From positions 86,045 to 150,044 of the forward strand of contig CANFQO010000002.1 of assembly GCA_947449135.1 (NCBI GenBank): DNA of 64,000 nucleotides, given 5' to 3'. Of this stretch, positions 1-9,132 are shown piece by piece; the first letter of the stretch is position 1, and every line of letters begins with the position of its first letter. The notes under the pieces were generated by a model. That model did not search any database, was not told the DNA's origin, and was given only the letters and a program-made list of their open reading frames with translations. Both the position numbers and the translations under genes were made by a program. This DNA comes from Planctomycetaceae bacterium. Its GTDB lineage: Bacteria > Planctomycetota > Planctomycetia > Pirellulales > UBA1268.

Positions 1-1052
1 TGCTCGAAGGCCGCGCTCATACCGTGGCGGCGGCGGTCGATGAACTTGCCGACTATCTCGTCGGCAAGGATCCGCGAAATATCGAGGACCATTGGACGGT
101 GATGTACCGCGGCGGATTCTACCGCGGCGGCGGGGTCCACATGAGCGCGCTGGCTGGCATCGACCAGGCCCTCTGGGACATCAAGGGCAAGTCACTCGGC
201 GTGCCGGTGCATGCCCTGCTCGGGGGACAGGTTCGCGATCGTATCCGCGTCTATTCCTGGATCGGCGGCGACCGGCCGTCCGAGACCGCCGCCCAGGCGC
301 AGGAACGGGCCCGGCTCGGATTCACCGCCATCAAGATGAATGCGTGTGAGGAACTGCAGTTCATCGACACCTACGACAAGATCGACCGAGCGATCGCCAA
401 CGTGGCCGCCATCCGCGAGGCCGTCGGTCCGCACTTCGGCATCGGAGTCGACTTCCACGGCCGGGTGCACAAGCCGATGGCCAAGGTGCTCGTCAAGGAA
501 CTGGAGGCCTATCGCCTGATGTTCATCGAGGAGCCCGTACTCAGCGAACACGCCGAGGCGCTCAAGGAGATTGCGATGATGGCGAACACGCCGATTGCTC
601 TCGGCGAGCGGCTCTTTTCGCGGTGGGATTTCAAGAAGATCCTGCAGGAGGGCTATGTCGATATCCTGCAGCCCGATCCATCCCACGCCGGCGGCATCAC
701 CGAAACGAAAAAAATTGCGAACATGGCGGAGGCCTACGACGTGGCCATCGCCCTGCATTGCCCGCTCGGCCCGATCGCTCTGGCCGTTAACCTGCAGCTC
801 GATGCCAACTGCTACAACGCTTTCATCCAAGAGCAGAGCCTGGGGATCCACTACAACCAGGGCAACGACCTGCTCGACTACATCAAGAACCCCGAGGTCT
901 TCGACTACGCCGACGGACACGTGAAGATCCCGCAGGGACCGGGGCTCGGTATCGAGGTCAACGAGGACTTCGTCAAGGAACGGGCGGCCGTCGGCCACCG
1001 CTGGCGGAATCCCGTCTGGCGGCACGGCGACGGCAGCTTCGCGGAGTGGTAG
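1..1052 (+). CDS. dgoD: D-galactonate dehydratase (enolase superfamily), 5' end cut by window edge
   Basis: The frame of ORF 24..1052 stays open back to base 3. The translation matches remembered E. coli DgoD almost end to end (AGIDQALWDIKGK, FIEEPV, ILQPDPSHAGGITE, LHCPLGPIAL, C-terminal WRNPVWRHGDGSFAEW). Confidence 0.9.
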   Translation, partial: LEGRAHTVAAAVDELADYLVGKDPRNIEDHWTVMYRGGFYRGGGVHMSALAGIDQALWDIKGKSLGVPVHALLGGQVRDRIRVYSWIGGDRPSETAAQAQERARLGFTAIKMNACEELQFIDTYDKIDRAIANVAAIREAVGPHFGIGVDFHGRVHKPMAKVLVKELEAYRLMFIEEPVLSEHAEALKEIAMMANTPIALGERLFSRWDFKKILQEGYVDILQPDPSHAGGITETKKIANMAEAYDVAIALHCPLGPIALAVNLQLDANCYNAFIQEQSLGIHYNQGNDLLDYIKNPEVFDYADGHVKIPQGPGLGIEVNEDFVKERAAVGHRWRNPVWRHGDGSFAEW

Positions 1053-1279
1053 GCCGCTCGTGCCGTCAGCCCGCAGCCACACGGCCATCCCCCGCAGATT
1101 CCGCAGCGGCCGGAAATTCACGGTCTGCAGGCCGATCGGGCCAACGGGGGCGGGCCGAATGTGCCCAGACCTGTATCATGGGGATTGCCGGAAGTGCCCC
1201 GTCCGGAAAAAATGTCGGGGGTATGGGGCCGAGACCAACACGTGCCCCCTCTATGGTTCCAGCACATTCATTCAACACG

Positions 1280-2029
1280 ATGACGCAATCAGCCACCGAC
1301 GCCCGGGACGCAATGATTGAGGCCGACGGTCTCTGCAAATATTACGGCTCCTTCATCGCCACCGAGGACGTCACCTTCAGCGTGCCACGCGGCCAGATCG
1401 TCGCCTTTTTGGGCCCCAACGGCGCCGGCAAGAGCACGACCATGAAGATGCTGACCGGGTATCTGGCCCCGTCCGCCGGCACCGCCCGCATCGCCGGCTA
1501 TGACATGTCGACGGATAGGCTTTCCGGAGCGGCTCGGCTGGGCTATCTGCCCGAAAACGGCCCACTCTATCCCGACATGACGCCCCGCAGCCTGCTTGAA
1601 TTCTTCGCCGACGCGCGGGGCCTCAAGGGAGCCTATCGGGCAGAGCGGATCGAGGCGGTCGTCGACCAGTGCGAACTGGGGAGCGTGATCGGCAAGGCTA
1701 TCGGCAAGCTTTCGAAGGGCTACCGGCAGCGTGTGGGTATGGCACAGGTGCTGCTGCACGAGCCCGACGTGCTGATTCTCGATGAGCCGACCAGCGGCCT
1801 CGATCCCAACCAGATCCGCGGCGTCCGCGACACAATCCGCCGGCTGGGCGAACGCAAGACGATTCTGCTCTCCACCCACATCCTGCAGGAGGTGGAGGCG
1901 TTGGCCGACCGGGTGATTCTCATCTCGGAGGGCCGGATGCGGTTCGACGGTGCGCCGCAGGAACTACGGGCGGGAGGCCGCGGCCTCGACGAGCGGTTCC
2001 ATGAACTCACGCGTGGCGTTTCCGTGTGA
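1280..2029 (+). CDS. ABC transporter ATP-binding protein (ABC-2 / GldA-like)
   Basis: Walker A GPNGAGKST, signature LSKGYRQRV, Walker B VLILDEPTSGLD, H-loop STHIL. ATG 1280 was chosen, but in-frame ATGs at 1253 and 1313 are equally possible (no clear SD). ORF-track start 1046 overlaps dgoD and is rejected. Confidence 0.85.
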   Translation: MTQSATDARDAMIEADGLCKYYGSFIATEDVTFSVPRGQIVAFLGPNGAGKSTTMKMLTGYLAPSAGTARIAGYDMSTDRLSGAARLGYLPENGPLYPDMTPRSLLEFFADARGLKGAYRAERIEAVVDQCELGSVIGKAIGKLSKGYRQRVGMAQVLLHEPDVLILDEPTSGLDPNQIRGVRDTIRRLGERKTILLSTHILQEVEALADRVILISEGRMRFDGAPQELRAGGRGLDERFHELTRGVSV

Positions 2030-2125
2030 CGCATGCCGTGTGTTCGGCAGCCCCTCCCGATCGCCAGTCGTCGCCCCGACGTCGGCAAAAACAGTGTTCA
2101 GAATAGTTTTGAAGGACGGAAAATC

Positions 2126-4891
2126 ATGAAGTGGAATGTGCTCGACGCGGTATTCAAGCGAAACTTCGTCGCTTATTTTTCCAACCCCACCGGCTATGTC
2201 TTCATCTGCGTCTTCGTGCTGCTGGGATCGCTGGCGGCGTTCTGGCCGCCGGAGTTCTTCAACTCCAACCTCGCGAATCTCGATCAGCTCAACCGCTACC
2301 TGCCCTACATCCTGCTGGTATTCATTCCCGCCATCACGATGAGCGTGTGGGCCGAGGAGCGACGGCAGGGCACCGATGAACTGCTGCTAACCATTCCCGC
2401 CAGCGACTGGGAGGTGGTGTTCGGAAAATATCTCGCGGCGGTCGGGATCTACACGGTGGCGCTCTTGTTCTCCTGCATCTGCAACCTGGTGATCCTGCTG
2501 TTGTGGGGCACGCCCGACGCCGGCCTGTTGCTCTCAAACTACCTCGGCTACTGGTTTGTTGGCATCGCCATGATCGCCATCGGCGTCGTGGCCAGCTTCC
2601 TCACGAACAACCTGACGGTGGCCTTCATCCTCGGGCTGGCTTTCAATGCACCGCTGGTCGTGGCCGATCAGGCCGGGTCGGTGATGTCGCCGGGGCTGGC
2701 GAAGTGGGTCCGGCCGTGCAGCCTTGCCGAACAGTTCACCGACTTCGGTCGCGGCATCGTCAGCCTCTCAGGGATCGCCTACTTCCTCGGCATCGTGGCC
2801 GTCTGCCTCTACATCGCGATGGTGCTCATCGGTCGCCGCCACTGGACCAGTCGGAGGGATGGCGCAAAGATGGGCGTGCACTTCATCGTCCGGACGCTCG
2901 GCCTCGCCGCTGCGGCCGTTGGCGTGGTCATGTTCTTCCGCGGCATGGATGTTCGTGCCGATCTCTCCGAGGAACGGATCAGCTCGCTCTCCCCCGACAC
3001 CCGGCGGTTGCTCCGCGAGCTTGAAACCAGCCGTCCGATCGACATCAAGGCCTACGTCAGTCCGACCGTGCCGGAGGACTACACGCAGACGCGGCTGAAC
3101 CTCCTCAACATGCTGCGTCAGTTTCAGCAGCTCGGCCGTGGCAAGGTCAACGTCGAGGTGATCTCCACCGATCCCAAGACCGAGGCCGCGTCGCTCGCCT
3201 CGCAGCAGTTCGGCATCGAGCCGGTGAGCGTGCTGTCGCGGGTCCGCGGTGCCTATCGCGACGAGAACATTTTTCTTGGCTGTGCCTTCACGAGCGGCCT
3301 CGAGAAGGTGGTGGTGCCTTTTTTCGACAAGGGCACGCCCGTCGAATACGAGCTCGTCCGCTCGATCTGCACGGTCGCCCAGCAGAAGCGAAAGCGGCTC
3401 GGAGTTCTCACGACAGACGCCGATCTTTTCGGCGGCTTCGACATGGCCACCGGCCAGCAGCGGCCGCGGCAGCCGGTGCTTGAAGAACTTGAGAAGCAGT
3501 ACGACGTGGTGCAGGTCGATGCGTCGGCGCCGATCACCGACCGCTACGACGTGTTGCTCGCCGTGCAGCCGTCGTCTCTCGGGCCAGAGCAGATGAACCA
3601 CTTCGTGTCCGCTGTTCGCGCGGGCCAGCCGGTGGCGGTCTTCGAAGACCCGCTGCCGGTGCTGATGCAGGGGGTGCCGGGCACGTTGCAGCCCCGGCGT
3701 GGCCCGGGCGGTCCGATGGCGATGTTTCAGCCGCAGCAGCAGCCCAAGGGCGACATCGGCCAGCTGTGGGAGACGCTTGGCCTCAAGCTCATGGCCCCAG
3801 CCGGCCGTCCAGCCATGGGGCAGACAGGCTCCGATCCGCTCATCGTCTGTCAGGATTACAACCCACATCCAAAGCTCGAGCTTCCCGATGAATTTGTCTT
3901 CATCGACTCGAACCTGACGTCTGATGCCTCGGGGAAAATCCCCGGGTTCAACGCCCGACAGCCGATCACAGCGGGGCTACAAGAGGTGCTCTTCCCGTTT
4001 CCGGGAGCCCTCGTCAAGGACGACAAGGCCAACGTCGCCTGGACGCCGCTGGTGCAGACGGGTCTCTTCACCGGAACGATCGAAGTTGACCAGGTGATGG
4101 GAAACCGCGGCGACATGCGGCAGTTGCAGATCTTCGAGAAGCAGGCAAAGCAGTCGATGGTGCTGGCTGTGGCGATCGAAAGGCAGCCCGCAGCGGGCGC
4201 GGCCGAGGCCGGAGCCGAACCGGTGAAGGCCGAGGGAGCAGCCTCGAAGCCGATCCGCGCCGTCGTCGTCTCCGACATCGACCTCATGGACGGCCGAATC
4301 TTCGGCCTCCGCAACCGGCCAGATGAGGTGTTTGGGCTCAACTTCGACAACGTCACGTTCGTGCTCAACATCCTCGACTCGTTGGCGGACGACGACCGCT
4401 TTCTCGAGATTCGCAAACGAAAGCCGAAGCACCGCACGCTCGAGCGCATTGAAGACACCGTGGCCACCGCGCGTGAAATGGCAGACAGTGAGCGGCAGAA
4501 GTTCATCGCCGAATTCGACGAGGCGGAGCGGGCGGCGAATGATTCGATGCAGGCGGAAGTCGGCGAGTTCGAGAAGAAGATCAAGGAGATGGAGACAGCG
4601 GGCGATGCCGATCCGCAGGCCGCCATGCAGGCGGTGCAGCAACTCGCCAGCAGGCAGCGGCTCTCGCAGCGTCGACTCGATACCAAGATCGAGACACTCA
4701 AGCGAAAGCGGGACACCGAGGTCGAGGCGGTGGAACGTCAATTGGAGTCGAAAATCCGCAAGGAGCAGGACCGGCAAAAGTGGCTGGCCGTACTCCTGCC
4801 GCCGATCCCGCCGCTGGTCGTTGCCTTCTTCGTCTATTTCCGGCGTCGTGCGCTGGAGCGCGAAGGCGTAGCCAAGACGCGGCTGCGGTGA
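2126..4891 (+). CDS. Fused ABC-2 permease (GldF-like) and GldG-like auxiliary domain, with C-terminal coiled coil and TM anchor
   Basis: The N-terminal ~270 aa has multiple hydrophobic segments typical of ABC-2 permeases. The rest resembles GldG-type auxiliary proteins and ends in a Glu/Lys/Arg-rich coiled coil and a final TM (WLAVLLPPIPPLVVAFFVYF). ATG 2126 is preceded by AAGGACGGA. Family names are from memory. Confidence 0.7.
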   Translation: MKWNVLDAVFKRNFVAYFSNPTGYVFICVFVLLGSLAAFWPPEFFNSNLANLDQLNRYLPYILLVFIPAITMSVWAEERRQGTDELLLTIPASDWEVVFGKYLAAVGIYTVALLFSCICNLVILLLWGTPDAGLLLSNYLGYWFVGIAMIAIGVVASFLTNNLTVAFILGLAFNAPLVVADQAGSVMSPGLAKWVRPCSLAEQFTDFGRGIVSLSGIAYFLGIVAVCLYIAMVLIGRRHWTSRRDGAKMGVHFIVRTLGLAAAAVGVVMFFRGMDVRADLSEERISSLSPDTRRLLRELETSRPIDIKAYVSPTVPEDYTQTRLNLLNMLRQFQQLGRGKVNVEVISTDPKTEAASLASQQFGIEPVSVLSRVRGAYRDENIFLGCAFTSGLEKVVVPFFDKGTPVEYELVRSICTVAQQKRKRLGVLTTDADLFGGFDMATGQQRPRQPVLEELEKQYDVVQVDASAPITDRYDVLLAVQPSSLGPEQMNHFVSAVRAGQPVAVFEDPLPVLMQGVPGTLQPRRGPGGPMAMFQPQQQPKGDIGQLWETLGLKLMAPAGRPAMGQTGSDPLIVCQDYNPHPKLELPDEFVFIDSNLTSDASGKIPGFNARQPITAGLQEVLFPFPGALVKDDKANVAWTPLVQTGLFTGTIEVDQVMGNRGDMRQLQIFEKQAKQSMVLAVAIERQPAAGAAEAGAEPVKAEGAASKPIRAVVVSDIDLMDGRIFGLRNRPDEVFGLNFDNVTFVLNILDSLADDDRFLEIRKRKPKHRTLERIEDTVATAREMADSERQKFIAEFDEAERAANDSMQAEVGEFEKKIKEMETAGDADPQAAMQAVQQLASRQRLSQRRLDTKIETLKRKRDTEVEAVERQLESKIRKEQDRQKWLAVLLPPIPPLVVAFFVYFRRRALEREGVAKTRLR

Positions 4892-4982
4892 ACATGCTCC
4901 GGCGGCTCGGGGCCGCGGGACGGGATGCGATCAGAGGAGCTTAGGCAGGCGGGTTCAGCCGGTTGGAAGTCAGGTGTATACG

Positions 4983-6698
4983 ATGGACACGACAGGCAGG
5001 GGCAACAGCATGAATCATGACGACACACACGAAAAGCGGTTTCGGCAGGTAGATGACCACGAATCAGCCGGGGTCCTGACGCCCGTGCTGCTCCGCACCG
5101 GGATGTTTCTGCTTGGCGGTCTGGGCATGCTGTTGGTCGGAGCTGCTGTGCAGCCGCGGTTCAAGAGCGTCAAGGTCGAGCCCGAGGAGCAGCGGGTGCT
5201 CTTTCCCGAGTTGTCGGATGCGGCGAAGGCGGCCAGCCTCGAGATCGTGTCGTACGATGATGAACTCTCCACGCTGCACCCCTTCAAGGTGATGCAGTCG
5301 GGTGGCGTGTGGGTGCTCCCGGCCCATCAGAACTACCCCGCCGACGCGAAGGAACAACTCGCAGCAGCAGCCACGGCACTCGTCGATCTCAAGATGCTCG
5401 ATTTGGTGAGCAAGTCCCCTGGTGATCACGAGACCTACGGCGTCATCGAGCCCGATCCGGAAAAGATCAAGCCGGGCATGACCGGCATCGGACAGTTGGT
5501 CGAAATTCGTGACGGCTCCGGCAACAAACTTGCCCGGCTGATCGTCGGGAAGGAAGACAAGCGGCGGGTCGGCGGCGACGCTTCCGGCCGAACCTTGCGG
5601 TTTGTCCGCAAGGCCGGTCAGGATCCTGTCTATCGCGTGGAGGTCGACACCTCGAAATTCACGACGGACTTTGACGACTGGATCGAAAAGGACCTGCTCA
5701 AACTCTCGCCTTGGGACGTGAGGCGACTCGGCCTCGAGGACTACTCCCTCGTGGCAGTCGAATCCAACGGGCGGGTTGGTGTGCAGTTGGATCGCAAGTA
5801 CCGGGTCGATCTGGCGTATGACGACAAGGATGCGAAGTGGTCGCTGGCGCGGCTCGAGGCCTTTTCCGAGGATGGGGAGTCGAAGGAGGAGGCACTGCCC
5901 GAGGGGGAGGAACTTGCCTCGGGCAAGCTCAACGACCTGCGCAATGCGCTCGGCGATCTGAAGATCGTCGACGTCGCTCGGAAGCCCTCGGGGCTGAGCT
6001 CCGAACTGAAGGCCGAGGAGAGCTTCACCAATGATCGAGAAGCGGTCACCTCCATGCAGCAAAAGGGTTTTCTGCCGCTGAAGACGGGCGAGATTCTCTC
6101 GACCGATGGCGAGACCATTGTGGGAATGAAGGACGGCGTCGAATACGTGCTCCGATTCGGTGCACCCACGACGGTGGCGGCCGAAGGGAAGTCGGCCAAG
6201 GCGAAGGACGCCGGCAGTCCCGAGGCCGGCAATAATGACGCCGGCGAAACGAGCGGTCGCTATCTGCTCGTGATGGCGCGGTTCAACGAGAAGTTGCTCG
6301 AGAAACCAACGCTCGATCCGCTGCCTGAATCGCCCGCTGGATCCGACGATGCCGCTCAGAAGGACGGTGAAGGGGCTGCGGAGGAGAACAAGCCGGATGC
6401 GGCCGAGAGCCTGAAGAAAGCTGACGAAGCCGAGGCGGCAGCCCAGGTGGCGCTTGAGAACCGGCGACGGGTGGAGCGGGAGAACCGTCGCAAGCAGGAC
6501 GATTACGACGACAAAGTGAAGACCGCACAGAAACGCGTGCGAGACCTGAACGGTCGGTTCGCCGATTGGTATTACGTTGTGTCCGACAAAGAATATGCGA
6601 AGATCCACCTTGGTCGGAACAGCATGGTGCAGAAGGCCGAAGCCAAAGGAGTGCCGGGTGATGTTGTTGTGCCGGCAGGGCCCGTAAATGGCGAGTGA
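4983..6698 (+). CDS. Membrane-anchored protein, DUF4340-like (usual neighbour of GldG-type ABC systems)
   Basis: Single N-terminal TM (MFLLGGLGMLLVGAAV), a long soluble body and an acidic/charged C-terminal region. It lies directly downstream of the GldG-like gene. The start is ambiguous (GTG 4974, ATG 4983 with AGGTG SD, ATG 5010). The family call rests on architecture only. Confidence 0.45.
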   Translation: MDTTGRGNSMNHDDTHEKRFRQVDDHESAGVLTPVLLRTGMFLLGGLGMLLVGAAVQPRFKSVKVEPEEQRVLFPELSDAAKAASLEIVSYDDELSTLHPFKVMQSGGVWVLPAHQNYPADAKEQLAAAATALVDLKMLDLVSKSPGDHETYGVIEPDPEKIKPGMTGIGQLVEIRDGSGNKLARLIVGKEDKRRVGGDASGRTLRFVRKAGQDPVYRVEVDTSKFTTDFDDWIEKDLLKLSPWDVRRLGLEDYSLVAVESNGRVGVQLDRKYRVDLAYDDKDAKWSLARLEAFSEDGESKEEALPEGEELASGKLNDLRNALGDLKIVDVARKPSGLSSELKAEESFTNDREAVTSMQQKGFLPLKTGEILSTDGETIVGMKDGVEYVLRFGAPTTVAAEGKSAKAKDAGSPEAGNNDAGETSGRYLLVMARFNEKLLEKPTLDPLPESPAGSDDAAQKDGEGAAEENKPDAAESLKKADEAEAAAQVALENRRRVERENRRKQDDYDDKVKTAQKRVRDLNGRFADWYYVVSDKEYAKIHLGRNSMVQKAEAKGVPGDVVVPAGPVNGE

Positions 6699-6858
6699 TT
6701 ACTTCAGTACCGTTGGAAATGATGATCTGACACGGAGGGTTGCAGCGATTGTGATTCGCGCCGCGGCCGCTTCCGTTGCCGGCGATCATGCCCGCCGCTT
6801 GTGGAACCACACCGCAGCCCGATAATGGCCTCTGTCGGTTCCACCTTTTTTTCCTGCC

Positions 6859-7875
6859 ATGCTCGGGCGATTTATGCACTCAACATCTGCGGTACCCGTG
6901 GTGGCGTCTGGCTCGGTGGCCGGCCATGGACCAGTGGCAGTCGGGGCCGTCGGAAGTCTGTCGAGAAACGCTTCCAGTTGGGGGCTCCGCTGGAGCAACG
7001 TGCACTGGGAGTACCTGCTCCCGATCTTCGTGGTGCACTTGCTGGCTTGCTTTGCGCTGCTCCCATGGTGCTTCAGTTGGTCGGGGTTGGTGATCGCGCT
7101 GGTCGGCACGCACGTGTTCGGCATGGGCATCAATCTGGGCTATCACCGTCTCCTCACCCATCGCAGTCTGAAGGTGCCTCTCTGGCTGGAGCGGACGCTT
7201 GCAACGGTCGCTCTGTGTTGTCTGGAAGACACCCCGGCCCGTTGGGTGGCCACGCACCGGCTCCATCACGTCCATTCCGACGAGCCTGAGGATCCGCACA
7301 CACCCCGCGACGGCGTGAGTTGGTCCCATGTCGGCTGGCTGTTCCGTCGGGCCCCCGATCGCCGCACGCTCGCCTTTCTCGACAAGTACGCCCGCGACAT
7401 CCTTGCCGACCGGTACTTCCGGTTTCTGGAGCGGCATCCGACGAGCACGCTCTGGATCTACCTGGCCCATGCAGCGGCCTTCGCGCTGACGGGGTTGGTG
7501 GTGGGGAGAATCGCCGGAGGCGATTGGGTCCACGGCGTCCAGTTGGGTATCAGTTGGCTGGTGTGGGGCGCGTTCGTTCGCACGGTCCTCGTTTGGCATA
7601 TGACGTGGAGCGTGAATTCGCTGTCGCACCTGTTCGGTTATCGGACTTACGAAACCGGCGAGGACAGCCGTAACAACTGGCTCGTGGCGCTCGTGGCGGC
7701 CGGTGAGGGTTGGCACAATAACCACCACCATGATCCGGCCAGCGCGAGCGTGCAGCACAAGTGGTGGGAGTTTGACCTCACCTACTACGAGATCTTGCTT
7801 TTACGACGTCTGGGGCTGGCCACGGATATCATCCAGCCGCGGCATCTCCGTCGATCGGCGGCACCGCGAAACTGA
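6859..7875 (+). CDS. Membrane fatty-acid (acyl-CoA/acyl-lipid delta-9 type) desaturase
   Basis: Three histidine boxes (HRLLTHRS, HRLHHVHSD, GEGWHNNHHHDP) plus hydrophobic TM pairs. An AT-richer promoter-like spacer lies upstream (6699-6858). Confidence 0.85.
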   Translation: MLGRFMHSTSAVPVVASGSVAGHGPVAVGAVGSLSRNASSWGLRWSNVHWEYLLPIFVVHLLACFALLPWCFSWSGLVIALVGTHVFGMGINLGYHRLLTHRSLKVPLWLERTLATVALCCLEDTPARWVATHRLHHVHSDEPEDPHTPRDGVSWSHVGWLFRRAPDRRTLAFLDKYARDILADRYFRFLERHPTSTLWIYLAHAAAFALTGLVVGRIAGGDWVHGVQLGISWLVWGAFVRTVLVWHMTWSVNSLSHLFGYRTYETGEDSRNNWLVALVAAGEGWHNNHHHDPASASVQHKWWEFDLTYYEILLLRRLGLATDIIQPRHLRRSAAPRN

Positions 7876-7893
7876 CCGGAGGCGGCTGCCGCG

Positions 7894-8922
7894 ATGTCCG
7901 ACATTCTTACTTCGCCCAGGAGGTCCCGATTCGGTCGGGCCATGGGCTTCCGGCTGGCCGGCATCGGCAGTAGCGTGCCGTCGAATGTGGTGACGAATGC
8001 CGATCTGGCCAGGCTCGGCTGTGATCCCGAATGGATCGTTGCCCGCACGGGCATCCATGAGCGCCGGTGTGCACCGCCGGAGATGGCCACCAGCGACTTG
8101 GCCGCCATGGCCGGCAGGGCTGCGCTCGCTCATGCCACGGCCGCGGACGTCGACCTGCTCGTCCTCGGCACGTTCACGCCTGACATGTGCATCCCCTCCA
8201 CCGCCTGCATCGTGCAGGAGAAGTTGGGGCTCGACGCGCCGGCAATGGACGTGACCGCCGCCTGCGCAAGCTTTGCCTATGCACTGGTGACCGCAGCGAA
8301 TTTCCTCTCAGCCGGATCGAGCCGGTTGGCGCTCGTGCTGGGCGCCGACACGAATTCGCGAGTCGTCGATCCCGAGGACATCAAGACGTGGCCTCTCTTC
8401 GGCGATGGGGCAGGCGCGGTGTTGCTCGAGGCGGTTCCGCCCGATAGTTCTGGGCAGGAGCATGGATTGCTTGCCTTCTCGCTCGGTTCAGACGGCCGCG
8501 GCGCGGGCCTGCTCGCCTGCCCGATGAGCGGTTCCCGGCAGCCGGTCACGGCCGAGGGCCTGTCACGGCGGGAACAGTTCATGCGAATGGATGGCCGCGC
8601 GGTGTTCAAGTGGGCGATTCGGCTGGCAGAGGAAAATATCCGTCAGGTGGTCGAGAGGTCGGGCGTGGCGATGGAGGCGATCGATCTCTTCGTGTTGCAC
8701 CAGGCCAACGCCCGGATCATCGATGGGGCCCGCGAAGCCCTCGGCATATCCTCCGACCGCTTCCTGGTGAATCTCGACCGCTATGGAAACACGTCGAGCG
8801 GCTCGATTCCGCTCGCGATGGACGAGGCCTGGCGTACCGGCCGGATCGGGCCGGGCAGCACGATCGTGGTCTGTGGCTTCGGCGGCGGACTGGCCTGGGG
8901 CAGCGCGGTGTGGAGGTTATGA
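7894..8922 (+). CDS. fabH: 3-oxoacyl-ACP synthase III (KAS III)
   Basis: Catalytic residue contexts C (TAACASFAYAL), H (VLHQANARI) and N (YGNTSSGSIPL). Length 342 aa. It starts 19 nt after the desaturase stop. Confidence 0.85.
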   Translation: MSDILTSPRRSRFGRAMGFRLAGIGSSVPSNVVTNADLARLGCDPEWIVARTGIHERRCAPPEMATSDLAAMAGRAALAHATAADVDLLVLGTFTPDMCIPSTACIVQEKLGLDAPAMDVTAACASFAYALVTAANFLSAGSSRLALVLGADTNSRVVDPEDIKTWPLFGDGAGAVLLEAVPPDSSGQEHGLLAFSLGSDGRGAGLLACPMSGSRQPVTAEGLSRREQFMRMDGRAVFKWAIRLAEENIRQVVERSGVAMEAIDLFVLHQANARIIDGAREALGISSDRFLVNLDRYGNTSSGSIPLAMDEAWRTGRIGPGSTIVVCGFGGGLAWGSAVWRL

Positions 8923-8941
8923 CGGTCGCACGTCGTGGGCC

Positions 8942-9080
8942 GGGGCTGCCCGTGCCCCATCGCCGGACGTTCGCTACGGCCATCCTGGCCTCCGCTCACT
9001 CGATGCTGACTGCGCTCCGGCATCCATGCCTGCGCTGGTCAGCAACGCCGGCTCCCGGGACACGGGCAGCCCCTCACGGA
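8942..9080 (+). repeat. Structured intergenic repeat, copy 1
   Basis: Arms GGGGCTGCCCGTG (8942-8954) and CACGGGCAGCCCC (9061-9073) are perfect reverse complements. The internal core is near-identical to the copies at 30793, 39365(-) and 49016. Confidence 0.8.
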
Positions 9081-9132
9081 ATCTACGTATCAGGACAGCC
9101 GACGAGTCCGTATTCTTGAACTGAGGTGAAAC

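Noticed and set aside
2033-4891. The GldF-GldG fusion as a frameshift or assembly artefact joining two genes
   Set aside because: A single uninterrupted frame has a smooth transition from the last permease TM into the GldG-like domain, and there is no stop or SD/ATG signature at the junction. It is accepted as a natural fusion pending comparison with relatives.
8942-9080. Repeat copies as integron attC sites (imperfect inverted repeats located just after ORFs)
   Set aside because: No RYYYAAC / GTTRRRY core sites occur at the ends, and no intI is nearby. The flanking genes are housekeeping genes tens of kb apart rather than an array of promoterless cassettes.
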